Positions 40,229 to 50,693 of a stretch of 64,000 nucleotides of DNA are shown here, piece after piece (position 1 is the first letter of the stretch; each line of letters begins with the position of its first letter). The position numbers were made by a program, and so were the translations under genes. Origin of the DNA: Verrucomicrobiota bacterium (lineage in GTDB: Bacteria; Verrucomicrobiota; Verrucomicrobiia; Opitutales; Seribacteraceae). The DNA lies in the NCBI GenBank assembly GCA_027622665.1, contig JAQBYT010000002.1:1-64000 (forward strand), written 5' to 3'. The notes beneath the pieces were generated by a model that was not told the DNA's origin, did not search any database, and was given only the letters and a program-made list of their open reading frames with translations.

Positions 40229-40475
40229 AATCGTAATCAAGAAGTCTGCGGCGAAGGAAATCGAAAGAATCGAAAAGAAAGATAGAATTCGCATCATCGA
40301 GAAGATCCGATGTTTGGCGAGTGATCCACGTCAATTCGGCAGCAAGAAACTTTCGGGCCAAGAAAAATACCGGATTCGCCAAGGGAATTACAGGATCTTG
40401 TATCAGGTTATTGATGACGAATTAATCATCAACGTCGTCAAGGTCGGGCATCGGCGAGACATCTACGATAATTAA
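40215..40475 (+). CDS. relE: RelE family toxin
   Basis: KSAAKEI..PRQFGSKKLSG..YRIRQGNYRILY..VGHRRDIY. Confidence 0.9.
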   Translation: MESFRIVIKKSAAKEIERIEKKDRIRIIEKIRCLASDPRQFGSKKLSGQEKYRIRQGNYRILYQVIDDELIINVVKVGHRRDIYDN

Positions 40476-40530
40476 TGTGGCCCAGTCTGAGGCGGCAACG
40501 GCTAACGTCCGCCACGTTTCTGCGTTGAAT
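40476..40530 (+). repeat. degenerate attC site
   Basis: TGTGGCC-CAGTC..GGCGGCAACGGCTAACGTCCGCC..CTGC-GTTGAAT. Confidence 0.6.
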
Positions 40531-40539
40531 GAAAAGAAT

Positions 40540-40576
40540 TTGACAGGGCGGGATATGCGTACATTATCCTGTACAT
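40540..40576 (+). promoter_or_regulatory. yefM-yoeB promoter/operator
   Basis: TTGACA; CGTACA and TGTACA 12 bp apart as in YefM operators; abuts ATG. Confidence 0.65.
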
Positions 40577-40834
40577 ATGAATGCAATCACTTACACTGCA
40601 GCAAGAGAAAATCTAGCATCCACGATGGATCAGGTTTGTCTCGATCGAGATCCTGTGATCATAACACGCAAGCGCGAGCAATCGGTCGTCATGATCTCGC
40701 TGGAAGACTACGAAGCACTTGAGGAAACCGCATACCTTCTACGCAGTCCTGCAAACGCGAAACGATTGATTGCCTCAATTGAAGCAGCCGAACAAGGAAA
40801 TGTAGTGGAAAAGGAAATCGAGCTCATCGAATGA
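40577..40834 (+). CDS. yefM: YefM/Phd antitoxin
   Basis: YTAARENLASTMDQV..PVIITR..EETAYLLRSPANAKRL. Confidence 0.93.
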   Translation: MNAITYTAARENLASTMDQVCLDRDPVIITRKREQSVVMISLEDYEALEETAYLLRSPANAKRLIASIEAAEQGNVVEKEIELIE

Positions 40835-41088
40835 ATTTCACATTCACTCCACAAGCTTGGGAGGATTACCAATTTTGGCAAAAGACTGATAAGAAAATAC
40901 TGAAAAGGATTCATTTACTGATTCAGGATATCCTGCGATCACCACAGGAAGGCATCGGCAAACCAGAGTCATTGAAACATAACCTAAGCGGATACTGGTC
41001 ACGACGTATCACGGAAGAACACAGAATCGTTTATAAGCAATTCGAGCACGGGATCACATTCGTCCAGATGCGATACCACTATAAATAA
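40831..41088 (+). CDS. yoeB: YoeB/Txe toxin
   Basis: AWEDYQFW..GIGKPESLKHNLSGYWSRRITEEHR..RYHY. Confidence 0.95.
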   Translation: MNFTFTPQAWEDYQFWQKTDKKILKRIHLLIQDILRSPQEGIGKPESLKHNLSGYWSRRITEEHRIVYKQFEHGITFVQMRYHYK

Positions 41089-41131
41089 TTGAGTCGAAGC
41101 AAGCGGAGTTTGCAACGGCTAGCATCGCGCC

Positions 41132-41161
41132 AAATAGTACTTGTAAGCCTTGCAAGTGGAT
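41132..41161 (+). repeat. 30-bp direct repeat, copy 2
   Basis: AAATAGTACTTGTAAGCCTTGCAAGTGGAT (2 mismatches to copy 1). Confidence 0.85.
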
Positions 41162-41198
41162 CCCTCTTTCTTTAATAAAGGGACAAGTTACCCAACCT

Positions 41199-41705
41199 GT
41201 GGTCGAAATGGAACCTAGATGGAAATATATTCTAATCACTGCGGCGTTTGTCAGCGTAGCGTTAGCCGTGCTTTACCCCATTCGCGGGTTTTTTCCGCCA
41301 TTCTACTACGAACAGTACAACGCCTTTAAAGACAGGCTGGAGACGATCGAAGACTTGCAGATTCGAGATTCTTGGCAACACAAGGATATCCGTCTGGAAG
41401 ACTGCGGATTCGATGTTGAAATCGATGACCGAAACGCCTCTTTGACGTTCACAGATCACCAAGACTGGGTTGCCCTGTTTTCCAAAATCGACGGAATCCG
41501 CATCTCAATGAAAGATCATCAACGTTTGGTTACTTGCAAAGAAATGAAATCCGCCGGCATGGAAATCGATGGCCTCCGGGACGTCCTTGAGAATCTTGGC
41601 TCAGTCATTGAATTTTGTTCGAATCAAAAGAACCCCATCCTTGTGCCCGATGCGGAATACGATTACTGGGATCACTTGAACTATGCTCAAATCCAATTCC
41701 AGTAA
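41199..41705 (+). CDS. hypothetical protein with N-terminal TM helix
   Basis: 168-aa ORF with hydrophobic anchor. Confidence 0.6.
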   Translation: MVEMEPRWKYILITAAFVSVALAVLYPIRGFFPPFYYEQYNAFKDRLETIEDLQIRDSWQHKDIRLEDCGFDVEIDDRNASLTFTDHQDWVALFSKIDGIRISMKDHQRLVTCKEMKSAGMEIDGLRDVLENLGSVIEFCSNQKNPILVPDAEYDYWDHLNYAQIQFQ

Positions 41706-41848
41706 TGTCGCCTTCGGTAGATGCGAAGGATCCTCAGCCCATTGCGCCGAAACGGCCCCCACCGGCTTCTTCATCGGGAAAGACAACCCTAGGTAGAAAT
41801 TGTCCGCCATTGCCAGGATAAGATAGAGTGCAAAAAGGAGTCGAGCTC

Positions 41849-42430
41849 CTAGGTAAGTATAAACTTCTCTAAATGACAGGACAATTTGTTCAAGGACCGG
41901 CAGCCATCGGCCGTCACAAGAACGTCATCTTCCAGGCGCACCCCGGCAAACCCTTTGATATACACACCTGGCTCGACTGTCATTATCATGTGCTTTCTAA
42001 GCACGGTATGATCCGTTTGATTGAAACGGACCGCTTCGTGAACTTCCATTCCGATGGCATGGCCGAGGCCATGGCGAAACTCTTCCTTGTACCCCCCCTG
42101 CATAATATGCTCGCGGGCTACCTTATCAATGGAAGATGCCTGGCGGCGTGGCTTGATCGCCTTGATCGCCAAGGAATGAGCCTCTTTGACCAAATGATAG
42201 ATATCCCTTAGTCGAGGATCAATTTTCCTGCCGGTAAATACAACGCGGGTAACGTCGCTGCAATAGCCGTCCACCAAGGCCCCGATGGTGAAGCGCGGTA
42301 GGCGATCGGCAACGGCTTCAGCGATTTGGGCGTCGATGGAGGCGAGCCGGAGTTGGCAGGCGATGAGGTCGGGCCGGTTCCTGAGCAGGTCGGAGGGGAT
42401 ACCTGAGGCGAGACCTGTCGGAGGTTTTAT
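41849..42430 (-). pseudogene. chimera: TolC/NodT fragment fused in frame to Xaa-Pro aminopeptidase (M24) C-terminus
   Basis: GIPSDLLRNRPDL..RLPRFTI/GALVDGYCSDVTR..HGLGHAIGMEVHE..TVEPG..RLED. Confidence 0.8.
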
Positions 42431-43081
42431 TCATTGCGCGTAGGGGCAATAAAACTGGCTTCATGGTTAGGGTCTGATGGATGGATGAATGCGATGGGAG
42501 GTCAGGCTTTACGGAACCTCGATTTTGACCGCCAACATGATTAATAGCGAGAGAAAGTATTTTATCTAGGGGATCAAAGACATCAAGCTAGTTTTTTTCG
42601 AATAGAGATTGCCTACGAGGTCGCGGATCTGCCTCTTATTTAAGTGAGCCTTTTATGTCGAAAAAAAACCTCTCCGAACAGCACCGTGACGTCGTCAAGG
42701 AATTGAGCGCCCGTTTCGACAAATGTCGATCAGCGATGGATCCAACTGCTGAGTAACCGGGGACTGGCAAAATGACATCTACTATGAAACACTCTGCATT
42801 CATCTACCGTGCTAATTCCAAGGAGTTAACAGGAACGAAATGAAACTAATCCATGAAACCTCTCTCTCTATTCCGAACAAGTTTACTTATGTTGGCCGCC
42901 TTCGGTGAAGATCATACGAGAGGGAAGAAGCTTTCCGGGCAAACCCCGGAAAAACGATCCTGTTGAAGAATGGAAGAAGGTCGAAGGATGGGCGGATTTT
43001 TAACCCGAGATCATTGGAATTATCGTAATAAAGTAGCCGTAATAAAGTAGCCGTTTTCTAGGAACTGAGCTTATTTAAGTT

Positions 43082-44410
43082 ATGATGAATCGCAGAGAGA
43101 TGATACAAGGAATGGCGACCGGCATTGGCTTAAGCCTGCTTCCCGGTGACGCCCAGGCAGCAAACAAGCCGGCAACCAAACCAATAATTAAGACAACCGT
43201 CGGCCCCAAGCGTATTGTTTTCTTTCTTCAAAACCATGGCTTCGACCCATTGACCTGCATTCCGAAAGGACTCAATGAAAGCTGTGCCCTAGACGGTGTG
43301 ACCCTTGAAGAACCCATGCAGGCCTTGGAGCCTTACAAGGACAGAATGCATGTCGTCACAGGTTTGCATGGGCGCCATACGAGCCCCGGGCACAGTGCTT
43401 ATTTCGGGGCCCTTGGCGGCTATCGTGGTAGTCAAGGTGTCCCGCCGGCTGGCCCCACCATTGATTACGCACTGAGCCAGTCCCTGCCCAAGACGATCCT
43501 TCCTCCGTTGTGCATCGGCATGGAATCAATTGAGAATATGAAAGCGCGACCAACCGTCGCCACTCTTACTGCTTCAGGGCCGAAGCAGCCGATCTTCATG
43601 CATTGCGACCCCAACATGCTGTACCGGATGCTCTTCGGCAGTATCGCCGACGGAGATATCAAGAAGCACTACCAAGCTCGTTCAAATGTCATGCTTGATG
43701 TCGAGCGTGTGGCAAATCTCAAAGCGAAAGGATTGCCTCAGAGCGAAAGTGCACGCTACGCGAATTATGTAAACGGATTTCGGGACATAAATGGATTGCG
43801 AGAGAAACTCTCCAAGATATCGGCGCAACTCAAGAAGCATGCGCCGAAACCTGATAAGCGGTACACCCAACCAAAATTCGAAACGGACTGGCACGACGCC
43901 CTATTGGAGATAGGTATCGCGGCTCTACAGGCAAACCTGACCAATGTCCTAACGATTGGCTCCGGATGCGGCGAGTATTTCGGCACCTGGAAAGGACTGG
44001 GGATTCCAAATGGCGGCCACGGTCTCGGTCATGTGGATCAACCCGACAATCCTATCTGGATAAAGATCCGTCAGTACAACTGCCAGATGCTGGTCAAGCT
44101 CATGAAATCCCTCGAAGCCATCCCCGAAGGGTCGGGCTCCATGATGGATAACACGTTGATCGTATACACCAGCAACAATGCGGACAAGCAACACACCGAC
44201 GGTTCAAACTGGCCGTTCGTGCTCCTTGGGGACGGCGGTGGACGCTTTAAGACTGGTCAACATACCCACATGAAAGAACGCCCGATCAACGACCTTTACA
44301 CCACCTTCCTTCACGGTGTTGGTTCGCCAGTTAACCGCTTCAATATGGATAAGGGCCTGGCCAAACTCCACCACAGCAAGGTGGGCCCGATCGAAGAACT
44401 GCTGGTTTAG
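43082..44410 (+). CDS. DUF1552 protein (Tat signal)
   Basis: NRREM leader; [28 protein letters not shown]. Confidence 0.88.
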   Translation: MMNRREMIQGMATGIGLSLLPGDAQAANKPATKPIIKTTVGPKRIVFFLQNHGFDPLTCIPKGLNESCALDGVTLEEPMQALEPYKDRMHVVTGLHGRHTSPGHSAYFGALGGYRGSQGVPPAGPTIDYALSQSLPKTILPPLCIGMESIENMKARPTVATLTASGPKQPIFMHCDPNMLYRMLFGSIADGDIKKHYQARSNVMLDVERVANLKAKGLPQSESARYANYVNGFRDINGLREKLSKISAQLKKHAPKPDKRYTQPKFETDWHDALLEIGIAALQANLTNVLTIGSGCGEYFGTWKGLGIPNGGHGLGHVDQPDNPIWIKIRQYNCQMLVKLMKSLEAIPEGSGSMMDNTLIVYTSNNADKQHTDGSNWPFVLLGDGGGRFKTGQHTHMKERPINDLYTTFLHGVGSPVNRFNMDKGLAKLHHSKVGPIEELLV

Positions 44411-44411
44411 C

Positions 44412-46859
44412 ATGCCTCATTACAGATCAATTTGTTGCGTTGTTTTATTCACCGTTTTGCTTTCTCCGTCGGCACGCGCTGGCGAGGCAACCTTCAAAAA
44501 ACTGGCCAAGCCTTTTCTTGAAAACTATTGCCTGGATTGTCATGACGTTGAGACGCAGAAAGGGAAAGTTTCCCTGGAAAATCTCAGCGATGTCACAGCA
44601 GCAAATGCCAGCATGTGGAAACGGGTATGGGAACAGGTCGCCTTAAAAGAAATGCCGCCCAGGAAGAAAAAGAACCAGCCGAAACCGATGCAGCGCCTGG
44701 AAATTTCCAAGTGGATTACGGATGGACTGGCCACTGCGCTGAAAGATAAAGGTGGCTACAGCGATCACCTTCGCCCGATCAAGGGCAACCATATTGATCA
44801 TGACCTTCTTTTTGGCGCCAATCACAAAAACCTCGAACCCGCATCCACATTAGCACGCATCTGGCGCATTCATCCCCAGGAACATCTGGTCCGTCTGAAT
44901 GATCTCATTACCCCCAAACGAAAATATGATCCAATGCGTCCAGGGCTGTGGACCCACGGGGATCATATCCCGCTGAATCTGGAAGGTCAGACCAGAGTCT
45001 ATTTCGGTTTGGATCGCTATATTGGCAGCGCCCAAGAGTATCTAGCTTACGTCAATGGCGTAGGCAGTTTTCAGTCTATGCTGTCGATGCTCACCGACCA
45101 TGGCCTGCGTAATTATCCCTTCCTTTACTCAGTCAACAGTTCAGAGGCGATGCAGATTTCCGGCGTCGCAGAAAAAATATTACGCTTCATGGCCTACGGC
45201 CCGAATGCAGAGCCCTACCAGTTTGTTGATCCACCCTTTAATATGAATGAAATCCCCGGGCAATATAGAAATCTGCATGTCATTTTCTATGGCAAAGAAA
45301 TCAAACGTCCGTTGACCCCGATGTATGAGTTGATGAAAACACCTGGGGTTAGCGACAAACGCCTTAGCACCGTCATTAATTTTATATTTGAAGCTCTGAC
45401 GCTGCGCCCGCCCAGTGCAGAAGAGACCGCTATTTATCTGGAGATTGTCAATAAGTCCATCAAGGAGCTCGGAAAGGAGGACGGGGTTTTCCTGGGTCTG
45501 ACCCCGATCTTCCTTGATCGCGACGCGCTCTTTCGCCCGGAACTTTGTGAGACTGGAAAACCCGACAAGTATGGACGTGTCATGCTGGGCGGAGACGAGC
45601 TGGCGCTAGCGATCAACGCGGCCTTCTCGTATGTCTTCCCGGAAACAGATCATCTGAGAACGGCGCTGGCCGAGGGACAACTGAAAACACGCCAAGACGT
45701 CAAACGGGAAGTCACCCGCATATTAAATGACGACAGCATCAGAAAACCCCGCGTACTGCAGTTCTTCAGAGAATATTTCGATTACGATCGCGCCGGCAGT
45801 ATCTGCAAGGATGAAAAGGCCCTTACAAAAAGCGGGGGTCATTTTGGTACGTACTACTCCGCCATGAACAGCATGATCGCCAATACCGATCGGCTGATAG
45901 AATTAATTTTGCACGAAGATGAAAATGTGTTGAAGGAATTATTGACCACTGACCGTGTGGTCTATCAGCCCTACACGTCTGGGCAGAATTTCAGGCATGG
46001 CATCTTGTTTCAAACCGATATCGCTTACTTCCTTGTCAGGGGCAAAAAATATATTCCCTTCAAGAAATATGAGGAAATAAAACCTACAAAAAACAATAAG
46101 CTAGTGATCGAAAGGGCGAAAAGACTAGTGCACGATCAGAACAAGCTCCATCATATATTCCCGAATCCCGTCAAGCCGATCTATGTGCGTCAGTCACAAT
46201 TCGACAGAGGGAGAGCCCCGCCTGCCAAAAATGCATTAAAGGCAATCACCACCGTCGACCCCAACGAGCGCCTCGGCATTCTCACGCATCCCGTTTGGCT
46301 GGCCTCTCACTCGGATGCGATGGACAACCATGCTATTTTGCGTGGGCGCTGGATCCGGGAACGTCTCTTGGGTGATGCCGTGCCAGATATCCCTATCACG
46401 GTTGATGCCATGTTGCCGGATGAGCCCAAGTCCACCCTTCGTCACCGGATGCGCGTCACCCGCGAGAAGGAATGCTGGCGATGCCATCAGAAAATGGATC
46501 CCCTCGGTCTGCCCTTTGAAATGTATAATCAGTTGGGAATTCTTCGTGATAAGGAGCAAGGCAAACCGGTTGACACCAGTGGAGAGATTATTCTCAGCGG
46601 CGATCCCGCTTTAGATGGCCCTGTTACAAACGCCATTGATATGATCAAAAAACTGGCGGCGAGTAAGCGGGTGGAGGAAGTATTCGTTCGACACGTCTTC
46701 CGTTTCTGGATGGGACGCAATGAAACGATCAACGACGCGCCGGTCCTCCAAGATGCTTACAGTGCTTATAAGAACAACGGGGGTAGCATGAAAGCGCTCC
46801 TCACCTCGTTGTTGACGTCCGACGCGTTTCTTTATCGGACCGTCGCACGGTCACGCTGA
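44412..46859 (+). CDS. DUF1588/DUF1585 protein with planctomycete cytochrome c domain
   Basis: CLDCH, EMPP, RGRWIRERLL, CWRCH..DPLG. Confidence 0.88.
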   Translation: MPHYRSICCVVLFTVLLSPSARAGEATFKKLAKPFLENYCLDCHDVETQKGKVSLENLSDVTAANASMWKRVWEQVALKEMPPRKKKNQPKPMQRLEISKWITDGLATALKDKGGYSDHLRPIKGNHIDHDLLFGANHKNLEPASTLARIWRIHPQEHLVRLNDLITPKRKYDPMRPGLWTHGDHIPLNLEGQTRVYFGLDRYIGSAQEYLAYVNGVGSFQSMLSMLTDHGLRNYPFLYSVNSSEAMQISGVAEKILRFMAYGPNAEPYQFVDPPFNMNEIPGQYRNLHVIFYGKEIKRPLTPMYELMKTPGVSDKRLSTVINFIFEALTLRPPSAEETAIYLEIVNKSIKELGKEDGVFLGLTPIFLDRDALFRPELCETGKPDKYGRVMLGGDELALAINAAFSYVFPETDHLRTALAEGQLKTRQDVKREVTRILNDDSIRKPRVLQFFREYFDYDRAGSICKDEKALTKSGGHFGTYYSAMNSMIANTDRLIELILHEDENVLKELLTTDRVVYQPYTSGQNFRHGILFQTDIAYFLVRGKKYIPFKKYEEIKPTKNNKLVIERAKRLVHDQNKLHHIFPNPVKPIYVRQSQFDRGRAPPAKNALKAITTVDPNERLGILTHPVWLASHSDAMDNHAILRGRWIRERLLGDAVPDIPITVDAMLPDEPKSTLRHRMRVTREKECWRCHQKMDPLGLPFEMYNQLGILRDKEQGKPVDTSGEIILSGDPALDGPVTNAIDMIKKLAASKRVEEVFVRHVFRFWMGRNETINDAPVLQDAYSAYKNNGGSMKALLTSLLTSDAFLYRTVARSR

Positions 46860-46955
46860 ATCAAATTTCCTATTGCAAGATAATTGACCTGACTCTGACC
46901 TGACCTCTAATCGGATGTGCGACAAAATCCAAATTTCTAGCAATAAGGATTATAG

Positions 46956-48524
46956 ATGAAACAGAATTCATATCTCATCCCACGTCGAACTTTTCTAAGA
47001 GGCGCTGGAGTGTCCATGGCGCTGCCTCTTCTCGACATCATGTCCCCCGCGATCAGCTACGCCATGCCGAAAGCCACTCCGGTAAGATTGTGTGTATTGT
47101 ACAAGGGATGCGGCGTTAATCCACATGCTTGGGACATTGTCGGAGGGACCGAAACGAAATTTGAACTGTCGAAAATCCTACAGCCGCTGGCGCCCGTTCA
47201 AAATGACATTCTGGTCGTAGGCAATCTGGACAACCAGGGAGAGTCTTCCCATATGGATGCGCCGGGAGCATTCATGAGTGCCGCAAAGCATAAGGATGAG
47301 AACCGATATTCATTTGATCAGAGGATCGCCGATCAGATTGGAAGTCAGACGCCCATGCAGTCGATGCAATTGACTGCAGACAACGTTTGGAAGCAGCATC
47401 CCTGGCTAAACATTCTGTCGTACGACAAAACCAATCAGCCCATGCGCGGCCAACATGATCCTCGGACTGCTTTCGACATGTTGTTCAACGATGGGGCCAA
47501 GGCGGCCCGCCAAAAAGAATTGGGCAGCGTACTGGATGGGGTAAAAGACGCCTCCTCGTCCTTGTCCAGAAAAGTCAGCATGCACGACAAGCAGGTTCTG
47601 CAGCAGTACTACGATTCGTTGCGGGATGTTGAAAAAAGCATCCAAATGGCCCGGGTCAACGGGCAGGTTGCGGCCACGGACAAGAAGCTGGCCGAAATCG
47701 ACCCCAGTCTGGACGTGGGCAATCTGGGCGAAAGAATCAAAGCCATGCTGGATTTGATCACACTTGCTTTTTGGACCGATTCGACGCGCGTCGCGTCATG
47801 CATGCTCGCCAATACCAACAGTCGCATCCATTACGACTTCATGGGTGTGAATGCTGAATTTCACTATGTTTCGCATCATGTTCGGAACCGAAAGGTTTTG
47901 CCTGCCTACGACAAAATCAATATCTGGCACACCGCACAACTGCGATATTTGATCGAGAAGATGAAAACGTTGGAGGACGGCAGCGGGACTTTGTTTGACA
48001 ACTCCCTGATCTTGTGGGGCTCGGGGATCAAACATGGTGACTATCACTCGCTGACGGACCTGCCGGTTGTCCTAGCCGGCGGTGGCGGGGGACAAGTGAA
48101 ATTGGGTCGGCATGTCCGCTATCCCGAGGCACGTCCCTTTGGCAACCTACTGCTCACCCTCATGCAAATCATGGGTGCGCAGACCGATGGCATTGGCGAT
48201 GCCACGGATCATCTCCCGGGCATTACGGAGATGGCCAATTTCAAGCCCACCAACCCAGATGATGGCAGTTGGAATATCACAGAAAGTGACGCCAAAACCC
48301 TCACGGCGAAGGGCTTGTTGCGAATCAGCATTAAAGGTGAAAAAGAATACTACCTGTTGCGCCTTTCAGACAAGAGCGACGTTGAAATCCGGATTCCTTT
48401 CATGAGCAACCACAAGTTGCAATTCGATCGGAACGTCGGAAAAGTTGTGACCGTGACGGGGTCATATAAGGTCATCAACGGGAAGAAAACAATCGTTTCT
48501 CTCAACACGGCCAATCCAGAATAG
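46956..48524 (+). CDS. DUF1552 protein with C-terminal extension
   Basis: RRTFLRGAGVSMALP; SFDQ; TDSTRV; GTLFDNS; LPVVLAG. Confidence 0.9.
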   Translation: MKQNSYLIPRRTFLRGAGVSMALPLLDIMSPAISYAMPKATPVRLCVLYKGCGVNPHAWDIVGGTETKFELSKILQPLAPVQNDILVVGNLDNQGESSHMDAPGAFMSAAKHKDENRYSFDQRIADQIGSQTPMQSMQLTADNVWKQHPWLNILSYDKTNQPMRGQHDPRTAFDMLFNDGAKAARQKELGSVLDGVKDASSSLSRKVSMHDKQVLQQYYDSLRDVEKSIQMARVNGQVAATDKKLAEIDPSLDVGNLGERIKAMLDLITLAFWTDSTRVASCMLANTNSRIHYDFMGVNAEFHYVSHHVRNRKVLPAYDKINIWHTAQLRYLIEKMKTLEDGSGTLFDNSLILWGSGIKHGDYHSLTDLPVVLAGGGGGQVKLGRHVRYPEARPFGNLLLTLMQIMGAQTDGIGDATDHLPGITEMANFKPTNPDDGSWNITESDAKTLTAKGLLRISIKGEKEYYLLRLSDKSDVEIRIPFMSNHKLQFDRNVGKVVTVTGSYKVINGKKTIVSLNTANPE

Positions 48525-48527
48525 CCC

Positions 48528-50528
48528 ATGATGAAAATACGGTGCTCAGGTCCAGCCGCATTTATGGCATGCGCTCTTGCGCTTGCCATGGGTACACGGC
48601 CGAGTCACGCTGCGGCCGTTGAGTTTACGGTCGCTGCCGAGGTGATTGACGACCGGTGCATGTCGTGCCACGACAGTGATACCAAAAAGGGTGGGATCGA
48701 TTTGACGCCACTGCTTCAGGAAGCCAATGGGGCCTACGGTCAATACACCAAGCTGTGGATCAAACTTGAGCACGCGGTGGCCGGTGGCGAAATGCCCCCC
48801 AAAAAGAAGAAGCCGCTGGAGCCCTTCGAAAAACATGCCCTCCAGCAATGGTTTCACCAATCCTTTGTTTTGCGCGATGGAATGCCGCACATCGGGCCAA
48901 CGCCCCTGCGGCGTTTGACGCGATACGAGTTTGAAAACACACTGGAAGATGTTTTGTCAATCAAGCTCAAGATGCCGTATCGGGATGTCATCGCAGGCAG
49001 TCTTGATGTGTCCAAAATCGAATCCATCGTGCCCTCGGATATTCCCGGGGAATCAGGATTCGACAACGATGCGCATCGCTTGGAAAAACTCAAGCCGCCG
49101 CTCCACGAGATTGCCAATGCGGTGAACTACGCGTTGGTGGAATTCCGCAAAGATGCGGCGGCAAAGAAAGCCGTCATGGGTCGGGCGGAGGTCCCTAAAA
49201 ATGCCAGTGCTGCTGAGATGAAACAGATCATCTCAAGATTTGTATTGCGTGCATATCGTGGCAATGGCGAAAGATTACCGGACTATACGACGGCCTATTA
49301 CGACCTGTATCAAAAGCATGTTCTGGTCTCAAAAGACAGCAGTGCGAGTCTCATGCATGTTTTTGAAATAATCTTGGTGTCACCGGAATTTCTGTACCGT
49401 TTCGAGCACAGCAAGAGTCAGAGCACGCCTTACCCGGTCACGGGTGTGGAGTTGGCGACTCGGCTGTCCTATTTTTTGTGGTCGACCGCGCCCGATCAAG
49501 AGCTTCTGGAGCTTGGCACGGACGAGAGCCTGCTCAGAGACGACGTGCTGAAGGCGCAAGTGGCCAGAATGTTGAATTCCCCTAAGCGGATTACTCTTTC
49601 CGAAAATTTTGTGGGGCAATGGCTTGGCTTTGGTGATCTATTGTCGAACAGTGAGTACTTCCTGAACGAAAGATGGAACCGGGAAACTTACGATGAAATC
49701 CTGTTTTTCTCCGATGAGATGATTCGATCGAATAGAAGTGTCTTGGAAATGGTTCAAAGCGATTGGGTGTACAAAAGATCATCAGCTTTAGAGTCGAAAC
49801 AGCATGGCTACCAGAAGATAGATCCCAAATCATTGACCAGGCAGTATGCGAACATCTTTTCGAGCAGGCAAAGCAAGAGCATGAACAAGGAGACGCGCTA
49901 TGCCCCGCCCGTCATCGTCAGAAGAAATAGGGATTGGGAAGGTGGCATCATCACCAGTGCGGCCATCATGCGCCTGACGGCCTCGAAAACCCGCACCAGC
50001 CCCATTCGGCGTGGCGTTTGGGTGTTGAATACCCTGATCGGAAGAACCATGGAGGCACCGGAGGACGTGCCTTCGCTAGAAGACGCGCGCCAGGCGCTGA
50101 AAATTAAGGAGAATCCTTCCGTCGCCGAGGTGATCAAACAGCACGTTTCCAAGGCGGCATGTGTTTCCTGTCACAAAGAAATTGATCCGCTGGGACTGGG
50201 TCTCGAGAACTTTGCTCCAAACGGCGGATGGCGGACACAATATCCGGACAAGGCGCCTGTTGTTTCATCGGGCGTGATGCCCAATGGGAAATCGTTTGAG
50301 ACTCCGCTGGAGATGAAGGCGCTGTTGCTGGAATTGTACAAGGATGACATTGCACAAAACTACGCGAAACAAATGTTTTCCTATGCCTTAGGCCGGAAGT
50401 TAGAGCCCTTTGACCGAGTGTCCTTGGAGCAAATTGTTAGCAAGGTCAAGCAAAGCGGTTACAAGACTAACACGGTCATAGAGCAAATTGTCTTGTCGAA
50501 ACAGTTCAGGTACAGGCAGGATCGCTGA
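48528..50528 (+). CDS. DUF1592/DUF1588 protein
   Basis: CMSCH, RRLTRYEF, LATRLSYFLWS, TSPIRRGVW, CVSCH..DPLG. Confidence 0.9.
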   Translation: MMKIRCSGPAAFMACALALAMGTRPSHAAAVEFTVAAEVIDDRCMSCHDSDTKKGGIDLTPLLQEANGAYGQYTKLWIKLEHAVAGGEMPPKKKKPLEPFEKHALQQWFHQSFVLRDGMPHIGPTPLRRLTRYEFENTLEDVLSIKLKMPYRDVIAGSLDVSKIESIVPSDIPGESGFDNDAHRLEKLKPPLHEIANAVNYALVEFRKDAAAKKAVMGRAEVPKNASAAEMKQIISRFVLRAYRGNGERLPDYTTAYYDLYQKHVLVSKDSSASLMHVFEIILVSPEFLYRFEHSKSQSTPYPVTGVELATRLSYFLWSTAPDQELLELGTDESLLRDDVLKAQVARMLNSPKRITLSENFVGQWLGFGDLLSNSEYFLNERWNRETYDEILFFSDEMIRSNRSVLEMVQSDWVYKRSSALESKQHGYQKIDPKSLTRQYANIFSSRQSKSMNKETRYAPPVIVRRNRDWEGGIITSAAIMRLTASKTRTSPIRRGVWVLNTLIGRTMEAPEDVPSLEDARQALKIKENPSVAEVIKQHVSKAACVSCHKEIDPLGLGLENFAPNGGWRTQYPDKAPVVSSGVMPNGKSFETPLEMKALLLELYKDDIAQNYAKQMFSYALGRKLEPFDRVSLEQIVSKVKQSGYKTNTVIEQIVLSKQFRYRQDR

Positions 50529-50693
50529 TGGCCTCGGGTCACGACTTGCCTACTCCAACCGGATGACAATCCTCTTTCTCCCCCACTCGCGGATATCAAC
50601 TAGGCCATGGCGAAGCAGTACGCGGCTGATCCTGCCGTTCGCCTCACGTACGACGGTGAGGGGTTTGGCCACCAGGGCGCGATCCTGATGGCG

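Larger units (their letters stand above)
37185..41131 (+). mobile_element. integron cassette array 3 (6 cassettes, 4 of them TA)
   Basis: Plus-strand ORF units separated by attC sites. Confidence 0.88.

Noticed and set aside
3926..41131. CRISPR array or integron integrase
   Set aside because: Repeats are gene-spaced imperfect hairpins, not identical repeats with short spacers; no cas or tyrosine-recombinase motifs found
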